Below, in pieces: positions 27,244 through 37,540 of a DNA stretch of 50,528 nucleotides. A program made the position numbers and the translations under genes. The DNA is from a virus (taxonomy: Duplodnaviria; Caudoviricetes): positions 1-50,528 of IMG/VR virus record IMGVR_UViG_3300025117_000087. The stretch is one strand, 5' to 3'. The notes beneath the pieces were generated by a model that worked only from the letters and a program-made list of their open reading frames with translations, was not told the DNA's origin and ran no database searches. Each line of letters begins with the position of its first letter. The first letter of the stretch is position 1.

Positions 27244-28517
27244 TATTAACAATAATCATTGGAATAATAATGCAAATCACATTCCATCCTGAAATTTTCA
27301 ATGATGTCTTTATGCCTACATATAAAGACCATTCGAGAAATTTAATTTTGTGGGGTGGAGCGGGTTCGGGTAAGAGTGTATGGGCAGCACAAAAATGGCT
27401 TGTCAGATTTACAAAAGAACACAATCATAGGATTATGCTGGTCCGTAAAGTTGGTAGGACTATTCGCAATTCGCAGTATCAATTAATTAAAGATTTGGTT
27501 GGCATGTACGGGCTGCAGGACTTGTTCAGGTTTAAGGAATCTGAAATAACCATCATCGGTCCTAACAATAATTATTTCATCCCTGTCGGAGTAGATGACC
27601 CTGAGAAGCTAAAAAGTATCGCCGGTATCACCGGCTCGTGGATTGAAGAGACTACAGAATTGAGTAAGAGAGAATTCCTTCAGATTAATCTTCGCGTGCG
27701 AGGAATCACTGAATATTACAAACAAAATATTTTAACATTCAATCCAATTGATGCTTATCATTGGATTAAAGAATATTTCTTTGATTCGGAAAAGCCTAAT
27801 GTGTCGAAGCTGCATACCACTTACTTAGACAATAAATTTATTGATGCTGAATATAAAAACGAGTTGGAAGCATTAGAAGAATTAGACAAGACTTTTTATA
27901 AAATATATACTCTCGGTGAGTGGGCTACACCTACGAATCTAATATTCAGGAATTGGCGTATCGGTGGGTCTGTCGGCGGCGAGACAATATACGGATTGGA
28001 TTTCGGATTCAACAATCCAACAGCATTAGTTCAATGTATTTTCAATCCGACTGAATTATATACAAAAGAATTAATCTATCAAACCAAGCTGACCAATGCT
28101 GAATTAATAGACTTATTGAAAATTTATATTCCGAACAAAAACTCTTATATCTTTGCCGATGCTGCCGAACCTCAGCGTATCGAGGAAATCAGAAGAGCCG
28201 GATTTAACATACTCGCTGCGGATAAAAGCGTGTCGGATGGAATTGACTTCCTGAAAAGATTAACCTGGTATATTGATATTAATTCAATCAACGGCCAGAA
28301 CGAATTAAAAAATTACAAGTACAAGGAAGACAGGAACGGCACAATCACAGAAGAACCGGTTAAATTTAGAGACCATTTTATTGATGCTGTCCGGTATGCC
28401 GTTTACTCGTTCGCTAAAAAATATTTTATGTTCTCGGGTCCAAAACGTTCAGCAAACAGCAGCCATAAAGAACGCAAACAAAGAAGCAGATTATCATCAG
28501 AATTAGCAGGTTACTAA
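27240..28517 (+). CDS. terL: Terminase large subunit, PBSX family
   Basis: GGAGSGKS Walker A, DDPEKLKS, WIEETTE Walker B, TFNP, GLDFGF nuclease, DHFIDAVRY. Confidence 0.95.
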   Translation: MILTIIIGIIMQITFHPEIFNDVFMPTYKDHSRNLILWGGAGSGKSVWAAQKWLVRFTKEHNHRIMLVRKVGRTIRNSQYQLIKDLVGMYGLQDLFRFKESEITIIGPNNNYFIPVGVDDPEKLKSIAGITGSWIEETTELSKREFLQINLRVRGITEYYKQNILTFNPIDAYHWIKEYFFDSEKPNVSKLHTTYLDNKFIDAEYKNELEALEELDKTFYKIYTLGEWATPTNLIFRNWRIGGSVGGETIYGLDFGFNNPTALVQCIFNPTELYTKELIYQTKLTNAELIDLLKIYIPNKNSYIFADAAEPQRIEEIRRAGFNILAADKSVSDGIDFLKRLTWYIDINSINGQNELKNYKYKEDRNGTITEEPVKFRDHFIDAVRYAVYSFAKKYFMFSGPKRSANSSHKERKQRSRLSSELAGY

Positions 28518-28518
28518 T

Positions 28519-30099
28519 ATGGAAAAAACAAGAAAATTATCTAACGTAAAAAAGCCGCAAACGAATGGTAAAAACCTGAAGAACCAGGAAGCCGTCAGCG
28601 CTGTAAACAGACAGTCGTTAACCAACGAAATGGTAACCAGGCAAACCTCCAATAACTGGTTCGGAGGCTGGTTCGCTCTTGAAAATCTATTCCCGAATCC
28701 GGACCCGGTACTCAAAAAGATGGGTAAAACAGTCGAAGCATACAGCGAAGTATTGAACGATACCCATCTGTACGGCGATGTCAAGGCTCGGAAGTCCGGC
28801 ACGCTTTCTTTGGAGTGGGATATCGAACAGGGTAAATCGTCAGCAACGGAACGAAAGGAAATCCGGAAATATTTTTATGACCTGCCGGTCAAGGACCTGA
28901 CGAATCAGATTATAGATGCACAGCTTTTTGGCTATCAAATATTCGAATTGATTTGGAAAAATGAAACCAAGTACTGGCTGCCGGCAATGATTGAAAAGCC
29001 GCGTGAGTGGTTTCACTTCGATAATAACAATCAACTAAGATTCAAATCAAAAACCAACAAATTGGAAGGAGAGCTGTGCCCTCCTGAAAAATTTATCATA
29101 GCAACACACGAAGCCACGTACAACAATCCGTATGGAGTGCCGCTTCTATCCAAGTGTTATTGGAATACTTTTTTCAGAAAGAACACATTAAAATTTTGGG
29201 CTACGTTCACCGAAAAATATGGTATGCCCTGGTTCCTTGCTCAATATATGCAAAGTATGGACACGGATGTAGTCGAAGATTTTATGGAAGACCTGATTAA
29301 GATGGTTCAGGATGGTGTGATACTCTATCCCGAATGGTTGAAGGAATCAAAATTTGAAACGCCTGGTATGCGGTTGAGTTCCGAAATCTACGATTCGCTG
29401 AGAGAGAGATGTGCTGCTGAGAATAGCGTTGTCATTCTTGGACACACAGCAAGTTCAACAGCCACTCCCGGACGGCTTGGACAAGAGCAGGCAGCAGAGA
29501 AAGCAAAGGAATATGTCATCAACGAAGATAAAAGGTTAGTCGAGGAAACATTCAATGTGTTGATTAAACGAATCCATCAATTCAATTTTTCCGGTTCGGA
29601 GATGCCATACTTCAAGTTCTACGAAGAGACGGACATTAAAAAAGATTTGGCTGAAAGAGACAAGGTATTGACTGAGTTGGGCGTGGTATTCAATCCGGAA
29701 TACATCGAGGACACTTATAATATTGACCAGGAATATTTCACAATGGGTAAACCGGCGATTGCATCTACCGAAGCAGAGCCTCAAATGAGTGAGCGGAATA
29801 TAATCCAGCTTAAAGAAAAAGGTGGGAAACTTATTAAAAAATCTTTAAATAATTTAAAGAAAATAGATAAGTTTAAAGAACATCTTCAAAATTCAAAAGA
29901 ATATGAAGATATAAAAGAAGCAATGCTGGAACCAATCTTTGAGCTTATCGAAAATGGAAAAGATTATAAAGAAATGCTAAATGACTTGTATAAATTATAT
30001 CCTGACCTTCCAACTGAAGATTTGGAAGATTTCTTAATGAGGATGATGCACACGGCAGACATGGCAGGTTTTAATTTAGCTGAAAGCGAAAAAGAATAA
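28519..30099 (+). CDS. Portal protein, Mu gp29-like (DUF935)
   Basis: PNPDPVL, FGYQIFELIW, NPYG..LL..CYW, W..FTEKYGMP, ILGHT. Confidence 0.9.
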   Translation: MEKTRKLSNVKKPQTNGKNLKNQEAVSAVNRQSLTNEMVTRQTSNNWFGGWFALENLFPNPDPVLKKMGKTVEAYSEVLNDTHLYGDVKARKSGTLSLEWDIEQGKSSATERKEIRKYFYDLPVKDLTNQIIDAQLFGYQIFELIWKNETKYWLPAMIEKPREWFHFDNNNQLRFKSKTNKLEGELCPPEKFIIATHEATYNNPYGVPLLSKCYWNTFFRKNTLKFWATFTEKYGMPWFLAQYMQSMDTDVVEDFMEDLIKMVQDGVILYPEWLKESKFETPGMRLSSEIYDSLRERCAAENSVVILGHTASSTATPGRLGQEQAAEKAKEYVINEDKRLVEETFNVLIKRIHQFNFSGSEMPYFKFYEETDIKKDLAERDKVLTELGVVFNPEYIEDTYNIDQEYFTMGKPAIASTEAEPQMSERNIIQLKEKGGKLIKKSLNNLKKIDKFKEHLQNSKEYEDIKEAMLEPIFELIENGKDYKEMLNDLYKLYPDLPTEDLEDFLMRMMHTADMAGFNLAESEKE

Positions 30100-30788
30100 T
30101 GGCACTAACAGAAAAAGAATTAATATTCGCATTCGGATTGCCTTCGGAAGATGCTGTGAAGTATCTTCAGAAGAAGGGAATCCGCGTATCAAAGGACTGG
30201 AAGGATACATTAAAAAAAATCAAAGACGATGTATTCCTTATCACCGGCGTTACGAATATTAAGAACCTGCAATACGTCCGGGACCTGATTCTGAAAGCTC
30301 TCAACGAAGGATTGCCTTTGAAAGAATTTAAAGAAAAGATAAAAGACTTGCTCAAGCTTCCTGACTGGCACGCAAAACTCGTGCTTACTCAGAACATTTC
30401 CAATTCATATAACGCTGGCAGATTAAAACTGCAGCTTGAGGACTGGCAGGATTTCCCTTACCTCAGGCCAGTCGTAATCATGGACAAAAAGACAACGGCA
30501 ATTTGCAGGTTTCTTTACTTATCAAATTTGGTTATTAAGATTAATGACCCGAACCTGAAGTATGCATACTCGCCACGGCACTTTCACTGCCGTACAATCT
30601 GGGTTGTAATTAGCGAGACGCAAAGAAAGAGAATGGGTTTGAAGGTTGTCAATATCAAAGATATTCCTAAGAAGTATTGGAATGACCCGCACTTTCAAAG
30701 GCTGCCAAATCTACCGCTGAGCAAAAATGATTTTGAAGACTTGCCGGCAGAGCTTGTCAAACAAATCAAACCGAGGCGGAGGGCATGA
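30099..30788 (+). CDS. Head morphogenesis protein, Mu gpF/SPP1 gp7-like
   Basis: EDAVKYL..K, N..NSYNAGR, FPYL, PRHFHCR. Confidence 0.85.
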   Translation: MALTEKELIFAFGLPSEDAVKYLQKKGIRVSKDWKDTLKKIKDDVFLITGVTNIKNLQYVRDLILKALNEGLPLKEFKEKIKDLLKLPDWHAKLVLTQNISNSYNAGRLKLQLEDWQDFPYLRPVVIMDKKTTAICRFLYLSNLVIKINDPNLKYAYSPRHFHCRTIWVVISETQRKRMGLKVVNIKDIPKKYWNDPHFQRLPNLPLSKNDFEDLPAELVKQIKPRRRA

Positions 30789-31273
30789 TGGATATTAAGG
30801 TTAATGAATTCATACATGATTTAAATTTTATTCTCCAGGATTACTTCAATGCTTTGACATCAGGCAGCACTAACCGGAGCTTCTTAGTTGCAATCGCAAA
30901 GATAATGGACAATGCTGTCGCCAGGCAATTCCAAACAGAAGGCAGGTACCTGGGGGGACGCGGTGGAAAAAGTTTCGGTTACAAGTGGTTTGACCTGGCT
31001 CCCTCAACGATAGCTGAACGAATCAGAAAGAAGTTTTATCCTATCAGGATTTTAAGGCGTCGAGCCGGCGATGCAGGTTTGTCTGGTTCAATTCATTCTA
31101 ACATCGGAGCGGATTATGTGGAAACTGGTACGAATATTTTTTACGCTCCATACTTACATTTCGGTACGGATAAGATGCCGCCGCGTCCGATATTCCCATC
31201 GGAACTGCCTCCTGAGGTTATAGAAGATATAGAAGAAAGTTTTGTTAGGATATTTAATAGGGTGGTGAGGTAA
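30785..31273 (+). CDS. Virion morphogenesis protein, Mu gpG-like
   Basis: F..EG, W..LAPST, GTN..YA...HFG....MPPRP. Confidence 0.85.
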   Translation: MMDIKVNEFIHDLNFILQDYFNALTSGSTNRSFLVAIAKIMDNAVARQFQTEGRYLGGRGGKSFGYKWFDLAPSTIAERIRKKFYPIRILRRRAGDAGLSGSIHSNIGADYVETGTNIFYAPYLHFGTDKMPPRPIFPSELPPEVIEDIEESFVRIFNRVVR

Positions 31274-31292
31274 TTATATTGTGTTTAAATGT

Positions 31293-31652
31293 TTATTGTG
31301 AATCTTCCCAAATCAAATAAGACTTATACCAATCAGCCATGCGACGCATGATTCCTGCGAGCCCGTCCGCTGCCTCTTGGGTGGCTTCTGTGCCGCTTTC
31401 AATCCAAATAGCCCCTAACACTATGTATTCGGGTGGATAATCTAATGTCGAACCTGTATTGAAGACGAGCTTGCATTTTAAAATATCAGCTTCCATTTCC
31501 TCTTCGCTCGAATAATCGGGCAATTCAAAATGAAAACATTCAGCCAGTATGACAGGCTGACGGGTGTGTAAAATAAAAACCCGCCCATCCGATTGGTCGG
31601 CGAGTGGGTTTTCGCATAATAAAAATTTTGATATTTTCATTTTTTTTAACAA
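31293..31652 (-). CDS. Hypothetical protein (second gene of a two-gene cassette)
   Basis: 119 aa, KFLLCENP...FILHTRQP. Confidence 0.55.
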   Translation of the reverse strand: MLKKMKISKFLLCENPLADQSDGRVFILHTRQPVILAECFHFELPDYSSEEEMEADILKCKLVFNTGSTLDYPPEYIVLGAIWIESGTEATQEAADGLAGIMRRMADWYKSYLIWEDSQ

Positions 31653-31655
31653 TAA

Positions 31656-32138
31656 TTATTTTAAAGCTTCTTTTAGTAGCTGGTAGTCATCGCAATATTC
31701 TTTCAATTTGTAATATACCCACCCCTCTTTATACCCTTTGGCTGCTGCTTCTGCTTTGTAGCCGCCAACTATACTTTTTAAAAAATTTAATTTTTCTAAT
31801 TTCGCATGTTCTTCAACTGCTTTTCTATGCTCTCTTTTTGTCTCCAATAAGCCCCATTGTCCAGCAAGGACATCTAACTCGTCAACTTCAAAAAAGAAGG
31901 TTCTCCCCATTGTTTTTTTTCGCATACCCGCTGCTTTGTAAAAGCCCGAATGATGCCATTCTGGCTCACGGCCATATATGACTGTATGGGCTTCGACCAA
32001 TTCTTTTGCTGATATTTTTTGTTTTAATTTTTTTGACAGCAGTTTGGCTGCTTCGCCTGCGGTTAATTTGCCTTCTTCTTTCGCTTCTGCATGTCTCTCT
32101 GAAGTGTAGAGCCCTGTTGATTCTATTGATAGTGCCAT
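31656..32138 (-). CDS. Hypothetical protein, possibly DNA-binding
   Basis: SD GGAG; LTAGEAAKLL, EWHHSG, C-terminal AKGYKEGWVYY. Confidence 0.6.
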   Translation of the reverse strand: MALSIESTGLYTSERHAEAKEEGKLTAGEAAKLLSKKLKQKISAKELVEAHTVIYGREPEWHHSGFYKAAGMRKKTMGRTFFFEVDELDVLAGQWGLLETKREHRKAVEEHAKLEKLNFLKSIVGGYKAEAAAKGYKEGWVYYKLKEYCDDYQLLKEALK

Positions 32139-32208
32139 TTTTTTCTCCTGCCTGTTTTTTTCGAGCTGGCTCTGCTCGTTTTTTAAAATTGAAATTAATT
32201 ACAGATGC

Positions 32209-32237
32209 AATATAATACATTTGAAACAGCTTGTCAA
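32209..32237 (-). promoter_or_regulatory. Sigma70-like promoter
   Basis: TTGACA-17 bp-TATATT upstream of 32138. Confidence 0.65.
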
Positions 32238-32334
32238 GTCTTTTTTTTGATTTTTTAAAAATAGTTTGTAAGTCGCTAAAAAACAAACAAAAAAATTCCC
32301 GATTATCTTTTTCCATATCTCAAATATAACAATT

Positions 32335-32808
32335 TTAACTTTCACTCCCACCATTTTTCTTACTCAAAGAATATGCCTGAAGTTGTAGCTTCGCCAGGTT
32401 AATCATTGTGTTGATACTGCGATTGATAGCGTCAGCCTGTTTGATGAACGAACCATCGTTCTTTAATTTATCAATCGAATCCCTTACTGTCTCGGTAAGT
32501 GGTGTAAGATTCTTCGATATAATATTATCATAGATAACGACCTCGGTATTGTTATTTTTAACAGGCACAGCCAATTCTGATTTTGAATCATCAGCCTTCG
32601 CAGGCAGCTTTATTTTTGAATTGTCAACCGGCAGGAATTCGTCAATTACTGACTGCCATTGCTCTGCTGTTTTACGGTAAATTTTTCTATCGGTAGAAAC
32701 GATAATAAAATCGTCTCCGTTCAGCACATCAATTATCCGGTGCTGATGGGCATTCCAAAGGAATATTTTTCCCTTCATCTTTTCCAATTGGTTTAAGATA
32801 CTCATCAA
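32335..32808 (-). CDS. Hypothetical protein
   Basis: 157 aa; C-terminal QADAIN.SINTMINLAKLQL helix. Confidence 0.55.
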   Translation of the reverse strand: MMSILNQLEKMKGKIFLWNAHQHRIIDVLNGDDFIIVSTDRKIYRKTAEQWQSVIDEFLPVDNSKIKLPAKADDSKSELAVPVKNNNTEVVIYDNIISKNLTPLTETVRDSIDKLKNDGSFIKQADAINRSINTMINLAKLQLQAYSLSKKNGGSES

Positions 32809-33616
32809 TCATTCTCCTTAATTCGTTTTGTAGTTTTTTTAATTCAATAATTTCCGGGTGCTTTTTAATTTCATTTCTTAAATTTTTATCATTATGTGTA
32901 AGCCTGGCGGCAAGATAATTATCACTTTCATAATTCCTATTCCTTTTTATATTTTCTGACATCGGGATAAGCTCGAGATTGCTAAGCCTGCAATTCATCT
33001 GGTTGCCGTCCTTAAATGTGATTACCGTTTTAGGTGGAATGGCACCATGCTTCTTTTCCCACAAATAACGATGCACCGGTACCCATCTACCCATTTCCAA
33101 CCGGATATATTTATAAATAGCACCTGCCCTCTTATCCATTCGATAACTAATACAACCATTATATTTTGTGTTTTGTGGTAAGTGTCCCTTTTTAAATTCA
33201 GTTGCCGGACTAATATGTGTCCCTTTCGGTGCTACATACCCACGATTACCATTTCCAAAATGATGTAGTTTTGAATTTTCAGGATTACCTTTCAATCCAA
33301 TTTTATTTACTTTGTTTTTTACCTGGTACTTGGTAATTTTTAACCACTCAGCACATTCATTCGCTGTCAAGTTTCCATAATTCCGTTTTAACCATTCTAA
33401 TTCTTCTTCTGTCCAATTATGACACCGTGATTGAATCCTTTTTTTGTTATGTTCTAATCTTTCTTCTTTAGTTAATTTTATTTTAAATCTTTTTAATGCA
33501 GATTGAACCTGTACAAAAGAAAGTTCCATTTCCTTAGCGAGCCCTTTTATACTCATTCGATGATAATTTTCTTTTAGAAAATTAATATCATCTTCCATCC
33601 ATTTATGCCTCTTCAC
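32729..33616 (-). CDS. HNH endonuclease with N-terminal W..E...LK.NY repeats
   Basis: FKKGH.P, HRYLWE..HG.IP....I.FKDGN..NC.LSNL. Confidence 0.8.
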   Translation of the reverse strand: MKRHKWMEDDINFLKENYHRMSIKGLAKEMELSFVQVQSALKRFKIKLTKEERLEHNKKRIQSRCHNWTEEELEWLKRNYGNLTANECAEWLKITKYQVKNKVNKIGLKGNPENSKLHHFGNGNRGYVAPKGTHISPATEFKKGHLPQNTKYNGCISYRMDKRAGAIYKYIRLEMGRWVPVHRYLWEKKHGAIPPKTVITFKDGNQMNCRLSNLELIPMSENIKRNRNYESDNYLAARLTHNDKNLRNEIKKHPEIIELKKLQNELRRMIDEYLKPIGKDEGKNIPLECPSAPDN

Positions 33617-33893
33617 AATTTAACTCCCTTAACAGTTTTCGCATATAATTTTTAGACAGACCTAATTCTCTGGCTATTTGCTTTTGACTTTTACAATCCA
33701 GTTCTTCTTTAATATAATCTTTAATCACTCGCTTAAAACCATAAATCTTTTTTATATATAAATCGTTCACATCGTTTTCAACTAGGATTTTCACAGCATC
33801 CATGCCCAGAATTTCAGACAATAAGGCTTCATCCTGATTCAGGTCCCTTAATTCAATTCTTCCAAGCAGTTTGTTTAAAACTTCTTTTTTCAT
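33603..33893 (-). CDS. Mor/C-like late transcription activator (putative)
   Basis: LLSEILG.DAV..L......LYI, C-terminal HTH QKQIARELGLS. Confidence 0.55.
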   Translation of the reverse strand: MKKEVLNKLLGRIELRDLNQDEALLSEILGMDAVKILVENDVNDLYIKKIYGFKRVIKDYIKEELDCKSQKQIARELGLSKNYMRKLLRELNCEEA

Positions 33894-33915
33894 ACAACCC
33901 CTTAAAATTTATAGT

Positions 33916-34368
33916 TCATAACTGTTTTATTCTTAACGCAGACAACGGATTAACACCCCACTTGCCTCGATGTGATGGCATATAAGCTGCTTCCTCTTTT
34001 ATCAATCTTACTATCCTGGTTCTTTTAATTCCACTCTCTACCTTTTTTAATTTTTCTACAGTTTCAACCTCGATATCAACCATATATTCCGAAACATCTT
34101 CACTTGCTTTTATCTTCCAATCCAAAAGATTTATATTTTCAAACAAATGCTTCACATAAAGTTTTTGGATGATGATAACAGTCCATGTTATTTTACTCAA
34201 TTCGTCTTCAGGCAAAGGCTCTAAGCCCAAAACAGCACGCTGCTCTATCAATAATTCGCGTCTATTATAAGTTTTTACGCCCTGGTGAGTCGCCTGCCAG
34301 GTCTCTGTACACAATTCGAACATCATATCCCAATTTCTTGTTTTCCAAGCTGCAAGCCATCTATTCAA
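33916..34368 (-). CDS. Hypothetical protein
   Basis: 150 aa ORF ending GKWGVNPLS. Confidence 0.5.
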   Translation of the reverse strand: MNRWLAAWKTRNWDMMFELCTETWQATHQGVKTYNRRELLIEQRAVLGLEPLPEDELSKITWTVIIIQKLYVKHLFENINLLDWKIKASEDVSEYMVDIEVETVEKLKKVESGIKRTRIVRLIKEEAAYMPSHRGKWGVNPLSALRIKQL

Positions 34369-34397
34369 AACATCATAAACATCACCGTAACCTTCAA

Positions 34398-34673
34398 TTA
34401 TATTATCTGCTCCTCTCTCATTGCGTTCATAAAATCCTCAATATCGTAAATTACCCAAGCCTTCCCGCCGGCTTTTCTGATTTCCTTAATATTGTAATCC
34501 TGGAGAGCCCTCAACTTGTCTCTTCCACTCTTAATTTCAAATCCATAAAATTTACCCTCAAAGCAGGCGACAATATCAGGCACTCCATCCTTATTCGCAC
34601 GTACAACTTTTACAGAATAAGCTCCAATCTCTTTAAGATACTTTAATATTTTGCTTTGAAGTTTGTTTACCAT
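34398..34673 (-). CDS. VRR-NUC nuclease (Holliday junction resolvase-like)
   Basis: LQ..I..YL, GVPD, FEIK, LQ......I..AGG. Confidence 0.85.
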   Translation of the reverse strand: MVNKLQSKILKYLKEIGAYSVKVVRANKDGVPDIVACFEGKFYGFEIKSGRDKLRALQDYNIKEIRKAGGKAWVIYDIEDFMNAMREEQII

Positions 34674-35294
34674 TTATTTCCCCATTTCAACTGCTTCGTC
34701 AACAGATTTGTTGTAAATAAAAATTCTTTCGTATAATTTGTTATAATTAATTTCAAACATCTTAACTAAATCTATTAATTTTATTCTGTTTTTTTTATAT
34801 TCAACATATATAGTGTTGGTTTTATTTTTAGATTGCTCAATCAATGGTATCCATTTACAATTTGCAGATTCATAGTTTCCTTTTGGATCAATTCTTTCAA
34901 TTGAAAGCCCATCTTTATAATCTTTTCCCATATCTTTAAAAAAATTTTCATAATCAAGCCACTCATCACACATAATAATACCCTTAGCGCCATAATCTCG
35001 ATAAGAAATATGTCTTTTATTATAACACCTTGTTTTTATGCCAATATAAATTTTATACAATCGTGTTTTTGCCATTCCGTGAGTAGTAAGCTTTTTATTT
35101 CTTATACATATACAGTTGCTCCTTCCTTTTGTTCTTAAATGTTTTATTGATATTGTTCTCGTCCTGCCACAATCACACTTACACTCAAACAATCTTGTTG
35201 TTTCGCTATTTTTATAAATTCTTTTAGGTAATTCTTGTATTACTACCAAACTCCCATATTTATCCCCCGGTTTAATTATAACTTTTTTTGGCAC
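34674..35294 (-). CDS. HNH homing endonuclease
   Basis: CKCDCG, THG..TRLY.I...K.RC, YG.KGI.MCDEW, SIERID..GNY...NCKW. Confidence 0.85.
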   Translation of the reverse strand: MPKKVIIKPGDKYGSLVVIQELPKRIYKNSETTRLFECKCDCGRTRTISIKHLRTKGRSNCICIRNKKLTTHGMAKTRLYKIYIGIKTRCYNKRHISYRDYGAKGIIMCDEWLDYENFFKDMGKDYKDGLSIERIDPKGNYESANCKWIPLIEQSKNKTNTIYVEYKKNRIKLIDLVKMFEINYNKLYERIFIYNKSVDEAVEMGK

Positions 35295-36525
35295 TACAAT
35301 TTTCCTTTAAATAATGTTTTTGAAAATAATAAGTTGTGTAGCTACGTTTTTTTAATACCACATCGTAAATTTTCTTCTCAATGCCATCTTTTGAAAAAAG
35401 CCAATGTACTAATGGCGTCTTTTCTCTTTCTAATGCCTGCAATCTTGCTCGGCTTTGCCAATACATCGTTGCAGAAAAATCAATATTGTAAAAAATCAAT
35501 ACATCTGCAGACGATAAATTAATTCCCATCGAGCCGGATTGAATTTGACTTATGAATATTTTCCCCGGGTCCCTATTAAATGCTTCAGGACTATCAGTCC
35601 AATTTTTTAATTCTCTTTTTAAAATATCACCTTCTGCAACATATTTATAAAAGATTGCAATTTTTTTCCCCTGGTAATGCTGTTTTATATATTCAACCTT
35701 TGAGCAATCTAATATTTTATAATTCCCATCTTCTAATTTAATGCTTCCTGACCAAATTTGATGAATTTTATTTTGCAATTTCACTGAAGTATCACATACA
35801 ATTTCGTTGCCATCTTTAAATAAATAATACCGGTTCATTAAAAGTAATTTAATTAAGAGCCTCAACTTGTCGTCAACATCCACAAATATTATCTCCTCTT
35901 TAATGTCTTTTTGTTGGAATCCGGCTTCTTCCTGAGTGTATCGAACAAAATATTTTTCAAGGACATTCATAATTCTATCCTTGTAAGCTCTCGTATAATC
36001 CCTGATTCGATGACTACTGATTACTCGCTCTTTAATGTCAACAAATTGATGTGCCCACTTATAAAAATTCGACCATTCCCAAGGAGAGTGCATAGATATC
36101 CAAAACTGAAAATAAAGCTGAGTATAAGTTTCCGGAGATGGCGTTCCGGATAGCAATATCAAATAACTATAACCGATTATATTTTTCAACAATTGCGTCC
36201 GCTTCGACGGCTTCGGAAATGCACCAGTAGAATGAGCCTCGTCCACGATCACCAGGTCATATTCCGGCCCGTACTTGTCGAGCTGCTCATAATTAATCAC
36301 AGTCAATCTGAATTTAAAACCTTCCCTTTGATAATCGTTTTGAATTGAATTGATAGCCTTCTTTTTCGTAACACACAGCACTTTTTTTGCTCCAATAAGC
36401 TCCGCGGTTTTCATAGCAATTAAAGTTTTGCCAACCCGCATTTCCATGGCGAGATAGACAATCTTCAATTCCTTGAGAATCTTAAAAGCTTTTTCAGCCA
36501 ATTCTATTTGATATGAACGAAGCAT
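35272..36525 (-). CDS. SNF2-like superfamily 2 helicase
   Basis: LRSYQ, MRVGKT, VDEAH, LSGTP, GINL, QSRARL. Confidence 0.9.
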   Translation of the reverse strand: MLRSYQIELAEKAFKILKELKIVYLAMEMRVGKTLIAMKTAELIGAKKVLCVTKKKAINSIQNDYQREGFKFRLTVINYEQLDKYGPEYDLVIVDEAHSTGAFPKPSKRTQLLKNIIGYSYLILLSGTPSPETYTQLYFQFWISMHSPWEWSNFYKWAHQFVDIKERVISSHRIRDYTRAYKDRIMNVLEKYFVRYTQEEAGFQQKDIKEEIIFVDVDDKLRLLIKLLLMNRYYLFKDGNEIVCDTSVKLQNKIHQIWSGSIKLEDGNYKILDCSKVEYIKQHYQGKKIAIFYKYVAEGDILKRELKNWTDSPEAFNRDPGKIFISQIQSGSMGINLSSADVLIFYNIDFSATMYWQSRARLQALEREKTPLVHWLFSKDGIEKKIYDVVLKKRSYTTYYFQKHYLKENCSAKKSYN

Positions 36526-36896
36526 TATTTAAAATTTGTCATATAATTAATACAAATCGAGTCATATTCTTCTAACGTGCCATCCGTCATCGGTTTTACA
36601 GGAATGTCGAGCGTATGAGCCAACTTTATTTCCTCTCTCATTCCCGGACTTATCTTGTCGCCATACAAGCGTACTTCATCAATAAACCTCTTTTTGAATA
36701 AAGCGATATCATTCTTTATGCCTCGCTCTCTCTCTTCCGGTTCGTTATCGTTCAGAGCATGGCAGTCAACAAAATAATGAGCGAACGGAACCACGTCCGG
36801 CTCCTCTAGGTTTATTTTCCGGATAATCTGAATCACCTTATCCAAATTTCCTTCAACATCCCCGCCAAGAGGATGAGCGATATAAACAATTTTCAC
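36525..36896 (-). CDS. Nucleoside deoxyribosyltransferase-like (DUF4406-type) protein
   Basis: VYIAHP..GD..GN, DEV.LYG..IS.GM..EI..A....IPV. Confidence 0.65.
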   Translation of the reverse strand: MKIVYIAHPLGGDVEGNLDKVIQIIRKINLEEPDVVPFAHYFVDCHALNDNEPEERERGIKNDIALFKKRFIDEVRLYGDKISPGMREEIKLAHTLDIPVKPMTDGTLEEYDSICINYMTNFK

Positions 36897-37501
36897 AAGT
36901 ATATCCCTTCATTAATTTTAACTTCGTTTTGCTCACTATAACCATCTTTCATAAATCTTCCTGGAAACATTTTTTTGAACTGATGAAGCTTTTTAAGTTC
37001 CTCACCCTTAATTTTCCTTTCGTATATCTCTAATATCTCAGCTTCGGAATACCGGACGCCATCATCAAACTCGATAATTTGATTATCGCTGTCCCACTTA
37101 AATTTTTGCACCAACAAACCGGATTCCCAACAACTATAACTTTTAACTTCCTTATAATTCAGTTTGCTCTCCAACTCACTTATCTTTTTCTCAACCTCAA
37201 CCAGTTCAGCAGCAGCATCCTCAAACTTAAATTTTTCAACCATCTCTTTGAGCCGCTCTTTTTCCTCGATGAGCTTCCGCAACTCCTCAATGTTGATTTT
37301 TTTTCCTTTTTCCAATTCTTCCTTACTTATATTTTCCTTCAACTCAAAAGTTGCAAGCAAGGATCTATTTTCTTCACCGGAAGTTGCAAGTAAGGAGGTG
37401 ATTTTTGTTTTTAGCCTTCTCACTTGCAACTTTGACTCGTCGTCATTTTTCAACTCCAATTCAGCAATTTGCTGTTCATATTGTGATTTTAGTGTTGTCA
37501 T
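36893..37501 (-). CDS. Hypothetical coiled-coil protein
   Basis: Glu/Lys-rich; C-terminal FDDGVRYS..EI...LH.FKK.F.G. Confidence 0.55.
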   Translation of the reverse strand: MTTLKSQYEQQIAELELKNDDESKLQVRRLKTKITSLLATSGEENRSLLATFELKENISKEELEKGKKINIEELRKLIEEKERLKEMVEKFKFEDAAAELVEVEKKISELESKLNYKEVKSYSCWESGLLVQKFKWDSDNQIIEFDDGVRYSEAEILEIYERKIKGEELKKLHQFKKMFPGRFMKDGYSEQNEVKINEGIYL

Positions 37502-37540
37502 TTTATATTTAACTTTTTATTTATCAAAGACATTAAATAT

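Noticed and set aside
20689-31273. Mu-like transposable phage
   Set aside because: Head/neck genes are Mu-like, but there is no MuA/MuB transposase; a tyrosine integrase and attP are present instead.
31966-32316. 116-aa - strand ORF
   Set aside because: Spans the promoter and overlaps the better-supported 31656..32138 gene, which has an SD.
34674-35294. HNH endonuclease as part of a group I intron or intein
   Set aside because: The flanking helicase and VRR-NUC genes both look complete and there is no space for intron structure; treated as a free-standing homing endonuclease.
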